Assembly (NCBI GenBank): GCA_965261475.1
Contig: OZ253454.1
Location: 1,378,001-1,442,000, forward strand
Source: a bacterium
GTDB taxonomy: Bacteria; SAR324; XYD2-FULL-50-16; G965216635
Length of the DNA: 64,000 bases
Direction of reading: 5' to 3'
Made by a program: the position numbers and the translations under genes. Every line of letters starts with the position of its first letter. Position 1 is the first letter of the stretch. Positions 1 to 9,724 of this stretch are shown one piece after another. The notes below the pieces were generated by a model. That model had not been told where the DNA came from. It saw only the letters and a list, made by a program, of their open reading frames with translations, and searched no databases.

Positions 1-297
1 CCAGCAATGCCTATTATGCCTGGTGTTTTAATTATTGAAGCATTAGCACAAACTGCTGCTTTAATTGGGGGCAAAAGAAAAAAAGGAGAATTATTTATGA
101 TTGTAGGAGTTGATAAATTTAAATTTCAAGCTCAAGTTATACCGGGAGATCAAATTATTTGCACCGCAGAAATATTAAAATTTAAATTAAATATGTTTTT
201 CTTAAATGCCAAAGCAATTGTTCGAAAACCAGATGGTACAAACCACCCTTGCGCATCTGGTGTTTTAAAATGTGCTAAAGTGGATACCATAAAATAA
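1..297 (+). CDS. fabZ: 3-hydroxyacyl-ACP dehydratase (FabZ-like hotdog fold), C-terminal fragment; 5' end lies before the window
   Basis: Frame is open from base 1 (P-A-M-P-I-M-P-G-V-L-I-I-E-A-L-A-Q). The PGVLIIEALAQ segment matches the conserved FabZ/FabA hotdog active-site region. Confidence 0.6.
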   Translation, partial: PAMPIMPGVLIIEALAQTAALIGGKRKKGELFMIVGVDKFKFQAQVIPGDQIICTAEILKFKLNMFFLNAKAIVRKPDGTNHPCASGVLKCAKVDTIK

Positions 298-307
298 ACA
301 CTTTACT

Positions 308-1297
308 ATGCAAATATACGCTATAGGAATAGCTTCTAAAAATAAAAAAGGAGAAATTTTAGATGTGTTTTTTCCTTTGATTAAAAATATACCAAAACAT
401 TTTGAAACCATTACTAAGTTTTACCAAAAACACACTAACTTTGAAGCAGTACTAACGAAACAAGATTTTTCTCACATACAAACTGCTTTTACTGCCCGAC
501 CCTTACCTGATTTACCAAAAAATAAAGATTTTTTACTAGTTTGCTTGATGAGAGATACAGCACTTGAAACAGTGGCAGAAAGCTATTTAAAACTACATTT
601 ACTTTCAAAACGACTTTATAAACCTCATCAACTAGATTTAAGTAATATTTTCTCAGTGTTACCCAATGTTGTTTGGAGCAATAAAGGAGCAATTGATATT
701 AACGAAATAGAAGAAAAACAGCATCAAAGTCGTCTTACAGAAAATCCTATACTGGTCAAAAGTTTAGATAAAATACCTGCAATGACTGATTATATTACAC
801 CAACAAAAGTGCGCATAGGAGACGCTGTTAGAGTAAGGTTAGGAGCTTATTTAGGGGAGGGTACAACAATTATGCACGAAGGATTTGTAAACTTTAACGC
901 TGGGACACAAGGACCTAATATGATAGAAGGTAGAATCTCAGCAGGCGTATTTGTTGGCAAGGGCACAGATTTAGGAGGTGGTTGCTCAATTATGGGAACT
1001 CTATCAGGTGGTGGAAAAACAGTAATTTCTATAGGTGAGGATTGTTTAGTGGGAGCAAATGCTGGATTAGGAATTTCTCTCGGAGCTAGATGCACCGTAG
1101 AAGCAGGACTATATCTTACAGCAGGAACTAAAGTTCGTATTTTAAATACTCGCAAACAAGAAGTAATGCAGGTAAAAGCAGTGTCTTTATCCCAAAAATC
1201 AGATCTGCTCTTTCGCAGAAATTCACTGAGTGGCAGTGTTGAGTGCCTAGTAAACGAAAATAAAATAGAGCTAAACAGTATTTTACACCACAACTAA
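308..1297 (+). CDS. dapD: 2,3,4,5-tetrahydropyridine-2,6-dicarboxylate N-succinyltransferase (hexapeptide-repeat acyltransferase, long DapD form)
   Basis: 329 aa with a left-handed beta-helix hexapeptide region (GAYLGEGTTIMHEGFVNFNAGTQGPNMIEGRISAGVFVGKGTDLGGGCSIMGTLSGGG) resembling long-form DapD. Confidence 0.6.
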   Translation: MQIYAIGIASKNKKGEILDVFFPLIKNIPKHFETITKFYQKHTNFEAVLTKQDFSHIQTAFTARPLPDLPKNKDFLLVCLMRDTALETVAESYLKLHLLSKRLYKPHQLDLSNIFSVLPNVVWSNKGAIDINEIEEKQHQSRLTENPILVKSLDKIPAMTDYITPTKVRIGDAVRVRLGAYLGEGTTIMHEGFVNFNAGTQGPNMIEGRISAGVFVGKGTDLGGGCSIMGTLSGGGKTVISIGEDCLVGANAGLGISLGARCTVEAGLYLTAGTKVRILNTRKQEVMQVKAVSLSQKSDLLFRRNSLSGSVECLVNENKIELNSILHHN

Positions 1298-1299
1298 CT

Positions 1300-3993
1300 A
1301 TGAAAAAAATTATAAGATTTACAGCAGTTTATTTTTTCTTGTTTGTGATTATTCTGTATTTAGGTATAGAATATCAGGCGCAAAATTATTATCCCAAGTC
1401 CGATCAAATTGCCGATGTACTACAGAGACTCAAAAAAGATTATGTAGACTCTCAAAGACTAGAGCCTTACACAATGTTAGAGGCTACTTTAGAAAATCTT
1501 GCCCGTCATATACCTCCTGTTGTATTACAAGAACTTAAAGGCAGTCCTTTTTCTGCTGTTACTATTCAAGTAGATAAAGCAAAAAAAGAATTTATTATTC
1601 CAAAACTAAAAAATTTAGCAGACTTAGCAAACACCTTACAAAAAATAGTTATCTATATCAAACAAAACCTCCCAAAAGAAAAAGATTTAAAAAACATAGA
1701 CTATGTAGCTATTAATGGATTTCTATCTGTTTTAGACCCTTATACTTCATTATTAGTCCCTGAAGTTTATACAGAATTTCGTGAAGATACAGATGGGAAT
1801 TATAGCGGAGTAGGAATGTATATTGGAATTAGAGACACAAAATTACAGGTTATTTCACCTATCTTTAACTCTCCTGCCTATAAAGCAGGTATAAAAGCTA
1901 AAGATATTATTTTGCAAATCAACGAAGAATCTACAATTAACATGAGCACTGGTACTGCTTCTTCTAAAATCAAAGGATTAGAGGGTACAAAAGTAAATTT
2001 ACTAATCCAAAGAAAAGAATTTAATAAACCAAAAAATTTTGCAATAACTAGAGCGCGTATATCATTAACAAGTGCTAATGCTTTAGAGCTAAAAACAAAA
2101 GAAGGAAGAATTGGCTATCTATCTATTTCCCGATTTCACCAAAAAACAGCTAAAGAAGTAGAGACAGCACTAAAAAAACTGAAAATAAATTATTCTGACT
2201 TTCAAGGAATTATTTTAGATTTAAGAAATAATCCAGGAGGCATCTTACAACAAGCAGTCAAAGTCAGTGATAAGTTTCTAGCACAAGGCAGGATTGTAAC
2301 CACCGCTGGGATATCTAACAAACCAAGAATTGCTTACAACGCTAGGGGAAGTAATAGCATCATAAATACTCCTATTATCATCTTAATGAATGGAGGCTCT
2401 GCTTCGGCAGCAGAAATTCTTGGCGCTGCACTTAAACAAAATAAAAGAGCCATTGTTTTAGGGACAACAAGCTTCGGCAAAGGCTCCGTACAACAATTAA
2501 GACAATTTCAAGATGGTTCTGCTTTAAAACTAACCATTGCTAAATATCTTACTCCTAATAATAACTCTTTGCACTCCATAGGTATTACTCCGCATATTGA
2601 GGTAAACCCTTGGATTATTGACGGCAATAGCATCAATATTATTAACAACAAGGAGTTAAATGCTAACAAAAAAGATAAATTTGCAGAGTGGGGAGGCGTT
2701 CCAGATAAACCAATTCGTTCATTTAACTATCTATTTGATAAAGATTTTCAACACAATATTTTTAGCACTAGCGAGCAAAAACAAGACATTGCAGGATTTG
2801 ATATAGATGGTTTAAAAAAGGATTATTTACTTTATTTTGCTAGCAAAATACTAGAAACTAGTAAAGTAAAAGATTTACCAACACTATCGCAAACAGTAAT
2901 TGCGACTACAAAATTAGAGGAGCAAATACAAAATACCAAACTTAAAAAAAAATTAGAAGAGATTGGTATTTCTTGGAGACAAAAACTACAAGGAACTAGC
3001 GAAGTAGAAGTTAAATTTTGGGTAGAAAAAAAAAGACAAAACAACGAAGCTTGTTTGCAAGCCAGAAAGGATCGCATACAAGCTGGTGATGAAATTTATC
3101 TTTGTGTAGTATTAAAAAATACTACCAAACAAGAAACTATAAGATTACAAGCAACTGGAAATTCTCCATATCCTATTTTTAATAAAAAACAATTCGTCTT
3201 TGGCAATATTCCTGCTGGGAAGACAAAAAAATGGTTTGTCCCTGTCAATATTCCTGCCTACTTTGCTAATGCAGACATTCCTTTTACTATTAAGCTCCTA
3301 GACTTTGAAGAAAAAGAGATTATTGCTCATCAATTCTTCTTTAATATTAACCAAATTCCTCAACCTCAATTTCAGTATTCATTGAAAGCTTATAGCAAAA
3401 CTAGCAAAATAGAAGCTCCTAATTCTATAAAATTAGATATACAAATTTTTAATAAATCAAATGTAGATTCTGGTAAATTAAATATATCGCTTAAAAATGG
3501 AGAAGGTAAAAAAATTTTTCTTACAGCTGCTAAAGACACGGTAAATAGTTTAGCAAAAAAAAATCAGAAAAAATCAGAATTTAAATTTGATTTAAAACAT
3601 TCTATTCCCGATGGGGCAATTGATTTATCATTTTCTTTATTGGACTCCAAATATAACAAACATATTACTCATAACTTTACTATTCCTTATGGAGCTGAAG
3701 GAACGCAAACCATCACTAATTCTGCACCTAGTATTAACATCAAAAGTTATCCTCTACAAACCAAAAAAGAAAAAATTACTTTAGAATTTACTAGTGAAGA
3801 TGACAAAAAAATAAAAGATTTTTATATCTTTGCCAATGACAAAAAAGAATTTTATCGTAGTTTTGGCAAACAAAAAATTTTACATGATATTGCAATTAAG
3901 TTAAAAACAGGTTTAAATAAAATAATATTTTTTAGTCGTGATAATTATGATGTCACTACCTTGCAACAAATTTATATTTATAGACAAAACTAA
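1300..3993 (+). CDS. Tail-specific (C-terminal processing) protease, S41 family, with a roughly 450-aa Lys/Asn-rich C-terminal extension
   Basis: 897 aa with N-terminal signal/TM segment, a PDZ-like segment (GVGMYIGIRD...SPAYKAGIKAKDIIL) and the S41 catalytic region (ILDLRNNPGG, MNGGSASAAEILG, GTTSFGKGSVQ). The C-terminal half is low-complexity with no recognisable catalytic motif. Confidence 0.7.
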   Translation: MKKIIRFTAVYFFLFVIILYLGIEYQAQNYYPKSDQIADVLQRLKKDYVDSQRLEPYTMLEATLENLARHIPPVVLQELKGSPFSAVTIQVDKAKKEFIIPKLKNLADLANTLQKIVIYIKQNLPKEKDLKNIDYVAINGFLSVLDPYTSLLVPEVYTEFREDTDGNYSGVGMYIGIRDTKLQVISPIFNSPAYKAGIKAKDIILQINEESTINMSTGTASSKIKGLEGTKVNLLIQRKEFNKPKNFAITRARISLTSANALELKTKEGRIGYLSISRFHQKTAKEVETALKKLKINYSDFQGIILDLRNNPGGILQQAVKVSDKFLAQGRIVTTAGISNKPRIAYNARGSNSIINTPIIILMNGGSASAAEILGAALKQNKRAIVLGTTSFGKGSVQQLRQFQDGSALKLTIAKYLTPNNNSLHSIGITPHIEVNPWIIDGNSINIINNKELNANKKDKFAEWGGVPDKPIRSFNYLFDKDFQHNIFSTSEQKQDIAGFDIDGLKKDYLLYFASKILETSKVKDLPTLSQTVIATTKLEEQIQNTKLKKKLEEIGISWRQKLQGTSEVEVKFWVEKKRQNNEACLQARKDRIQAGDEIYLCVVLKNTTKQETIRLQATGNSPYPIFNKKQFVFGNIPAGKTKKWFVPVNIPAYFANADIPFTIKLLDFEEKEIIAHQFFFNINQIPQPQFQYSLKAYSKTSKIEAPNSIKLDIQIFNKSNVDSGKLNISLKNGEGKKIFLTAAKDTVNSLAKKNQKKSEFKFDLKHSIPDGAIDLSFSLLDSKYNKHITHNFTIPYGAEGTQTITNSAPSINIKSYPLQTKKEKITLEFTSEDDKKIKDFYIFANDKKEFYRSFGKQKILHDIAIKLKTGLNKIIFFSRDNYDVTTLQQIYIYRQN

Positions 3994-4052
3994 CGCACCA
4001 AATACCACTGCAACAAATAACCTATCAACTGCTTGAATATAAATAATATGAT

Positions 4053-4466
4053 TTATTTTTTTCTGCGAGTGAATAGATGCAATAAACTAGTAACTACAAT
4101 CAAAAAGGAGCTATAAAAATGGATAAAATTCCAAAGAGGAACAAAATCTAAAGTATAAAAAAAGAGCATCAAACCACTATAAAAATTGATAATAAAAACT
4201 AATAGATAGATTACACCACTCCACGCCGATGATTTTTTTTGATGCTTGCTTTGTAAACTAAAACTATCTTGATATTTTTTGATATGTTGCAAAATATACA
4301 AAAAAAAGAAAGCAACAAAAAAAAATCCTAAGATAGTATGAAAAATACCTAAAAATAAACTAGTTCGCCAAAAATAGATTGTAAAACCACTCACCAAAAG
4401 TAAAACAAAAAATAATTTTAGTAACTGATACATTAACAAAGATGGAATTCTTTTTAAGATAGCCAA
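4053..4466 (-). CDS. Hypothetical small integral membrane protein
   Basis: 137-aa ORF with several hydrophobic helices, 9 bp downstream of the ClC gene on the same strand; no recognisable motif. Confidence 0.3.
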   Translation of the reverse strand: MAILKRIPSLLMYQLLKLFFVLLLVSGFTIYFWRTSLFLGIFHTILGFFFVAFFFLYILQHIKKYQDSFSLQSKHQKKSSAWSGVIYLLVFIINFYSGLMLFFYTLDFVPLWNFIHFYSSFLIVVTSLLHLFTRRKK

Positions 4467-4475
4467 GATAACAAA

Positions 4476-6296
4476 CTAGTTTTGTTGTTTTATGAAACCT
4501 TTGATAGATAAAACACTGTTGTACTGGTCTATGATGTCTCTATGAGAAATAAGCCCAATAATTTTTTTATCGTTGTTTTTTGAAACAACTGGCAGAATAT
4601 CCAAATCTTTAATACTAAACAAATTTAAGGCTTGAGAGAGATCTGCATCTTCCTTGATAGTAATTAAATTAGATTCCATAATATCTTTCATAATGATAAT
4701 ATTTTCTAAACCTTCTTCCAAAATAAGTTCTTGTATCATAGAAAAAGATACAGCTCCTGTGAGCTCTTTTTTAGCATTTAAAATAGGAAAATAATGTGTT
4801 TTTTGCTTTGGAATTTGTTTTAGTAGAGTATCAAAGCTATCTTTTTCTCTCAAACTTGTAAAATCAGAATGCAAGACCTGTTTAACAGTTATAGATTGTA
4901 AAACACTTAATTCTCGTCCTTCCTCTAAGCGAATACCTTCTTTAGCAAGTTTTAGCGTGTCTATAGACTCTCCTAATAAAGTTTTAATGCTGACAGTACC
5001 AATAATAGAGGCAAACATTACAGGAATAATGACATGGTAGTCATTGGTTAGTTCAAAAAGCAAAAAAATAGCAGTTAAAGGCGCAAGAGTCGTAGCAGCT
5101 AAAAACGAGCCCATTCCAATCAACGCGTAAGAGCCTATTTCTATATTTAAATCTGCAAACAAGAGTTGTACTATGCTACCAAACAAAGCTCCAAAAGCAG
5201 CTCCAATAACTAATGATGGGGCTAAAATACCACCTACATTGCCAGAGCCTAAGGTAATAGAGGTTGCTATTATTTTTAATATTACTAGCAAACCCAAAAA
5301 CCAGAGAGTATAAGAGTTATTGTGTAAAAGTTGAATCATTAAATTATACCCATCTCCTAGTACTTCAAATTGCATTAACCCTAGACAACCTACTAAAAAA
5401 GCACCTAGTATAGGTTTAGCTAATCTAGGAATTTTGAGTTTTTGAAAAAAATCACTTGTAGCATAAAAAATGCGTATAAAAAAATAAGCAAGAAACCCAA
5501 TAAATACACCAAGCAAACAATAAAAAATAAATTCTTCGTAAGTAATGCTGTAATTTAAATTACCAAAGACTGGAGCATCTGAATAATAAGCACGAGAAAT
5601 AGCCGTTGCTACACCTGAAGCTACAACTAATGCACCAAAAGATTCTAATTGAAATTTACCTAGCATAATCACTTCTTGTGCGAAAAGCACGCCTGCTAAA
5701 GGAGCATTAAATTGTGCTGCAACTGCTGCTGCTGAGCCTGTAGCAATTAACACTTGCAGACGGTTAGCACTCATAGAAAATATTCTCCCTACTTTAGAGC
5801 CTACAGCTCCTCCTATTTGAGCAATAGGACCTTCTACTCCAGCTGATCCTCCAGTAGAAATAACAATGGATGCTGTAACCATTTTTGCTAAAATTTCTCT
5901 AGTCCTAATCAACCCGCCTTGCAAATGTATAGATTTCAAAAAATCTGGCATAGTGTAGCCACCTACAATAATTTTTGGAAATAATTTCATTAACACCACC
6001 AACAAAATAGCACCTGCAACAGGTATTACAGGTAAAGCAAACCAGCCAATATTATCCGTCAACCATTGGTAGCTAACCTCAAACGCAATATGATGTAAAA
6101 AATCTAAGATGTTACGAAAAATAACAGAAAGAAAACCCGCAATAACTCCCGTGAGTACTGCCATTAATAGCAAAGAATTGGTATGACTGAGGAATAGTTT
6201 GCGATATAAGGTTTGAAAAATTTCTTGAATTTTAAAATATCGTAATCGCTTGATATGATTTTTAAGTTCTTTTAATCTTTTCCTTTCAATAGACAT
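4476..6296 (-). CDS. ClC-family voltage-gated chloride channel / H+-Cl- antiporter with C-terminal CBS domain pair
   Basis: 606 aa, multi-helix membrane domain with ClC-like selectivity segments (GSAGVEGP, GGILAPSL) followed by a soluble C-terminal region typical of tandem CBS domains. Confidence 0.7.
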   Translation of the reverse strand: MSIERKRLKELKNHIKRLRYFKIQEIFQTLYRKLFLSHTNSLLLMAVLTGVIAGFLSVIFRNILDFLHHIAFEVSYQWLTDNIGWFALPVIPVAGAILLVVLMKLFPKIIVGGYTMPDFLKSIHLQGGLIRTREILAKMVTASIVISTGGSAGVEGPIAQIGGAVGSKVGRIFSMSANRLQVLIATGSAAAVAAQFNAPLAGVLFAQEVIMLGKFQLESFGALVVASGVATAISRAYYSDAPVFGNLNYSITYEEFIFYCLLGVFIGFLAYFFIRIFYATSDFFQKLKIPRLAKPILGAFLVGCLGLMQFEVLGDGYNLMIQLLHNNSYTLWFLGLLVILKIIATSITLGSGNVGGILAPSLVIGAAFGALFGSIVQLLFADLNIEIGSYALIGMGSFLAATTLAPLTAIFLLFELTNDYHVIIPVMFASIIGTVSIKTLLGESIDTLKLAKEGIRLEEGRELSVLQSITVKQVLHSDFTSLREKDSFDTLLKQIPKQKTHYFPILNAKKELTGAVSFSMIQELILEEGLENIIIMKDIMESNLITIKEDADLSQALNLFSIKDLDILPVVSKNNDKKIIGLISHRDIIDQYNSVLSIKGFIKQQN

Positions 6297-6418
6297 TTAT
6301 AAAAGAGCATAATAATGATTTAAATTCTCAACGTAGCAACAAACACAAAATTCACTATGCTAATAACCTGTATGAGATTGAATTTTATATTTATATTTTA
6401 GCTGTAACTCATTAGTTT

Positions 6419-7579
6419 TTATCCACAAAAAAAGGCTGAACCTAACTTTGCTCGTCGCAATTCTAATATTTTTTGAGAAGAAAAACAAGGTAATATATGC
6501 TGTTGTGCTAATATTTTTTTTACTTCTAAAGCTACTATTGGTGCAAAAACCAACTTCACAGGAGAGCAAACTATAAAGTCAGCATAATTTTTTACAAAGG
6601 GTGCGGCTGGTAGCAAGCCTGTTTTTTGCCAAGGCTCAGCTCTATCTACACTAATCATTTTCCACTTAGCATCTACTAGATTGAGTTTAATATTTTTTTG
6701 TAAAAGTTGCGTTGCTTCTTGCAATTTTTGAACACTTACTTGCTGTTTTTCTGCAATTTTACCTCCCAAATACCATAGCATATTCCCATTTTTTTTATAA
6801 TGAGAACTAATAGTAAAAAGAGGTTTAGAACTCGCTGTAATACAATGTCCATAAATTTTGAAAGGAGCAGAATGCTCTAGTATCAACATTGTTAGAGGAC
6901 GTAATTGCGCTTTGTATGGTAAATCAAAATATGTAGCAAGGGTGCTATTACCTTTACCTGCTGCTAAAATAAACTTTTTTGTCCAAAGCAAGATATTTTC
7001 TTTTTTAAACTTAATACCTACAAGACCTTCTTTGCTAGTGTAAGAACAATTTTCTTTTTCCAAAGAGCACTGGTAGTAATGGTTTTTTTGCTGATCATAA
7101 AAATTCTGCATCATAGAATAGCTATTGATAATTTTTTCCTTTAGCCAAAAAATATGTTTAGGTTGATGTGTGAGCCAAGTAGGAAACTCAGAAAATTTTA
7201 ACTTTTCTAATTGAGAACGAAAAATTTGTTTTGAGCCCTTAGCAAAAAAAGAAGCAAGTAGTCCTTGCTCGTTCCAAATAAGTTGCTTATCAGCATAAAT
7301 TTCTGTTTTACTTAAATCTACTTCATAGTTTCCAGCTAAAGCCTGCTCCCAAATATCTGCACTTTTTGTAAGTAAATTTGTTATTTTAGCAGTCCGATTG
7401 CCTAGCAAATATTTCAGTCCTTTATGAATAATACCTTGTGATAGGAGCGTTTGCTCTCCTCCAATAGTATTCTTCTCTAAAAGACAGGTGCTATAACCTT
7501 GTTTTTGTAAAATAGCATCTATCCACACTCCGCAAACGCCTCCTCCAAAAATTATGCAATCAAAGTAGTATGACTTCAT
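6419..7579 (-). CDS. FAD-dependent oxidoreductase (DAO/ThiO-like family), function unknown
   Basis: 386 aa with an N-terminal Rossmann dinucleotide-binding motif (DCIIFGGGVCGVWIDAIL...LLEK); no further family-specific motif recognised. Confidence 0.4.
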   Translation of the reverse strand: MKSYYFDCIIFGGGVCGVWIDAILQKQGYSTCLLEKNTIGGEQTLLSQGIIHKGLKYLLGNRTAKITNLLTKSADIWEQALAGNYEVDLSKTEIYADKQLIWNEQGLLASFFAKGSKQIFRSQLEKLKFSEFPTWLTHQPKHIFWLKEKIINSYSMMQNFYDQQKNHYYQCSLEKENCSYTSKEGLVGIKFKKENILLWTKKFILAAGKGNSTLATYFDLPYKAQLRPLTMLILEHSAPFKIYGHCITASSKPLFTISSHYKKNGNMLWYLGGKIAEKQQVSVQKLQEATQLLQKNIKLNLVDAKWKMISVDRAEPWQKTGLLPAAPFVKNYADFIVCSPVKLVFAPIVALEVKKILAQQHILPCFSSQKILELRRAKLGSAFFCG

Positions 7580-7582
7580 AGC

Positions 7583-9016
7583 TCAGTAAGCCATGCCAAA
7601 TAACACCTTGTATTTAGATTGTGCTTGAGAATAAATACATTTTTGAGTACTAGTCTCTGCTAAAATCAAACGAATAGTAGCTTTGGTTTCTGCTTGAATT
7701 TTTAGAGCAGTTTCGTGGCTTCCATCCCAATAGGCTTCTACTGCACAAGCTTCTTGTTCAAATACTCTCTTCATTTCTTCGTAATCTTGTAATTCTAGCC
7801 TATTGCTTTTTTGAAAATCTAACGCTTTTTTAAAAAGATTATCGTGCAACATTGCTAGCTGCTCTTTAGCAACAAGAGCAACTTTTGATAAATTGGTAGT
7901 AATTTTTGCTTTGCTATCTCTTTTGACTAAAACACAAGTTTCGCTCTCAAGCTCTCTCACTCCGATTTCTATTCTGAGCGGAATACCTTTTTGTATCCAA
8001 TAAAAAAACCTATCAATTGGTCTTTGATGCGTTTGATTATCTGTGTGTATTAGTAAAAAATCAAATCTTTCTGTCAGTCTTTGTAAAACTTTTTTTGTAT
8101 ATTCCATAACTCTCACTTGGTCTGCTTGTTTGTGAAAAATAGGAATTAACACAATTTGTGTGCTAGCTATTTTTGGTGGTAAAATTAACCCATCGTTGTC
8201 TCCGTGTGCCATAATAACTCCTCCTATCATACGAGTAGAAACTCCCCAGCTAGTTGTCCAAGCTAATTCTATTTGATTCTTGCGATTAAGAAATTTAATA
8301 CCAAAAGCATTAGCAAAATTTTGCCCTAAATTATGAGAAGTACCAGATTGTAGAAACTTGGTATCCTGCATCATTGCTTCCAAAGTATAAGTTTCTAGTG
8401 CACCAGGGAACTTTTCGTGCTCTGGTTTTTTACCTGTGATTACTGGGATTGCACAATAGTCTTCTAAAAAAGTACGATAAACTTCAAGCATCTTTAAGGT
8501 TTCAGCTCTAGCTTCTTGCAAAGTTTCGTGTGCTGTATGTCCTTCTTGCCACAAAAACTCTGCCGTCCTCAAAAACAACCTAGTACGCATTTCCCAGCGA
8601 AATACATTGCACCACTGGTTAATTAAAATAGGTAAATCACGGTAACTCTTCAGCCACTTAGCATACATATGCCCTATAATTGTTTCAGAAGTAGGACGAA
8701 TTGCTAAAGGTTCGGCTAATTTATTACCACCTCCGTGTGTGACAACAGCTAATTCTGGAGAAAATCCATCTATATGCTGACTTTCTTTTTTTAGAAAGCT
8801 ATCTGGAATAAGTAAAGGAAAATACGCATTTTGATGCCCTGTTTCTTTGAACATTCTATCCAAAATAGATTGCATTTTCTCCCAAATTGCAAAACCTGTA
8901 GGTCTAATAACCATACAACCCCTAACTGGTGCATAATCTGCTAACTCACCTGCTTGGATCACATCTAAATACCATTGAGAAAAATTTTGCTCTTGTGGAG
9001 TAATATTTTTTGCCAT
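7583..9016 (-). CDS. proS: Prolyl-tRNA synthetase, archaeal/eukaryote-like short form (no insertion editing domain)
   Basis: 477 aa class II aaRS; N-terminus (FSQWYLDVIQAGELADYAPVRGCMVIRPTGFAIWE) and overall length match the eukaryote-type ProRS architecture. Confidence 0.85.
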   Translation of the reverse strand: MAKNITPQEQNFSQWYLDVIQAGELADYAPVRGCMVIRPTGFAIWEKMQSILDRMFKETGHQNAYFPLLIPDSFLKKESQHIDGFSPELAVVTHGGGNKLAEPLAIRPTSETIIGHMYAKWLKSYRDLPILINQWCNVFRWEMRTRLFLRTAEFLWQEGHTAHETLQEARAETLKMLEVYRTFLEDYCAIPVITGKKPEHEKFPGALETYTLEAMMQDTKFLQSGTSHNLGQNFANAFGIKFLNRKNQIELAWTTSWGVSTRMIGGVIMAHGDNDGLILPPKIASTQIVLIPIFHKQADQVRVMEYTKKVLQRLTERFDFLLIHTDNQTHQRPIDRFFYWIQKGIPLRIEIGVRELESETCVLVKRDSKAKITTNLSKVALVAKEQLAMLHDNLFKKALDFQKSNRLELQDYEEMKRVFEQEACAVEAYWDGSHETALKIQAETKATIRLILAETSTQKCIYSQAQSKYKVLFGMAY

Positions 9017-9108
9017 TATCTATTAGAATAATTGATTTTTATTCAAGTAAAAGAGTACACTATAAAATAAAATTTTGTACTATAATTCTAGCTTTGGTGC
9101 TTTTTGTA

Positions 9109-9714
9109 ATGTCTCTTCCCATTGTTGTTATTCTCTCAGGACCCTCTGCTGTAGGGAAAACTACAATTGCAGATATTTTGTTAAAATGTAATAAAAATTT
9201 TGCAAGAATTATCACTTGTACCTCTAGAGAGCCTCGTAGTAATGAAACAAATTATATTTTTTTATCAAAAAAAGAATTTAAAGAAAAAATTAAAAAAAAT
9301 TGCTTCATAGAATACTCTAAAGTATATAAAAATTACTATGGTATTTTGCAAAGTGAGTTTGAAAAAGCCTACAAACAATTTACCTACTCCTTGATAGTGA
9401 TAGATACTGTAGGCTCTTTAAAACTTATAAAGTACTGCAAACAAAACAAAATTACCTATAAGAGTATTTTTTTAACTCTTCGAGATAAAGAGCAAATAAA
9501 AGAAAGATTGCTAGCAAGAGAAAAACAAGAAAACCAATTTACCACAGATAAAAAAGCAAATATCAAAAAAAGGATAAAGGCGATGACAAAAGAATTACAA
9601 ACTGCTCAATTTTTTGATAAACAAATTTATAATCAAGATTTACAAACATGCGTACTGGAAATCCAAAAATTTATAACTGCCACTAGTAGCAACAAAGACC
9701 AAATAAAAACTTAA
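9109..9714 (+). CDS. gmk: Guanylate kinase
   Basis: P-loop SGPSAVGKTT followed by the TSREPRSNE...YIF and NYYGI motifs typical of Gmk. The track ORF starts at 9010, but that adds a 33-aa hydrophobic extension overlapping the proS start; the internal Met at 9109 (MSLPIVVILSGPS) is the more plausible start. Confidence 0.7.
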   Translation: MSLPIVVILSGPSAVGKTTIADILLKCNKNFARIITCTSREPRSNETNYIFLSKKEFKEKIKKNCFIEYSKVYKNYYGILQSEFEKAYKQFTYSLIVIDTVGSLKLIKYCKQNKITYKSIFLTLRDKEQIKERLLAREKQENQFTTDKKANIKKRIKAMTKELQTAQFFDKQIYNQDLQTCVLEIQKFITATSSNKDQIKT

Positions 9715-9724
9715 CTCAAAGCTT

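Noticed and set aside
4476-6296. ClC gene as a possible CLC-F fluoride exporter, given crcB elsewhere in the window
   Set aside because: CLC-F proteins are shorter and lack the C-terminal CBS pair; this 606-aa protein has the CBS region and canonical ClC chloride-type architecture, and no riboswitch precedes it.
9010-9108. Track start for gmk at 9010, which would overlap the divergent proS start
   Set aside because: It adds a 33-aa hydrophobic extension not found in guanylate kinases; the internal Met at 9109 immediately precedes the P-loop. The extension is probably an ORF-finder artefact.
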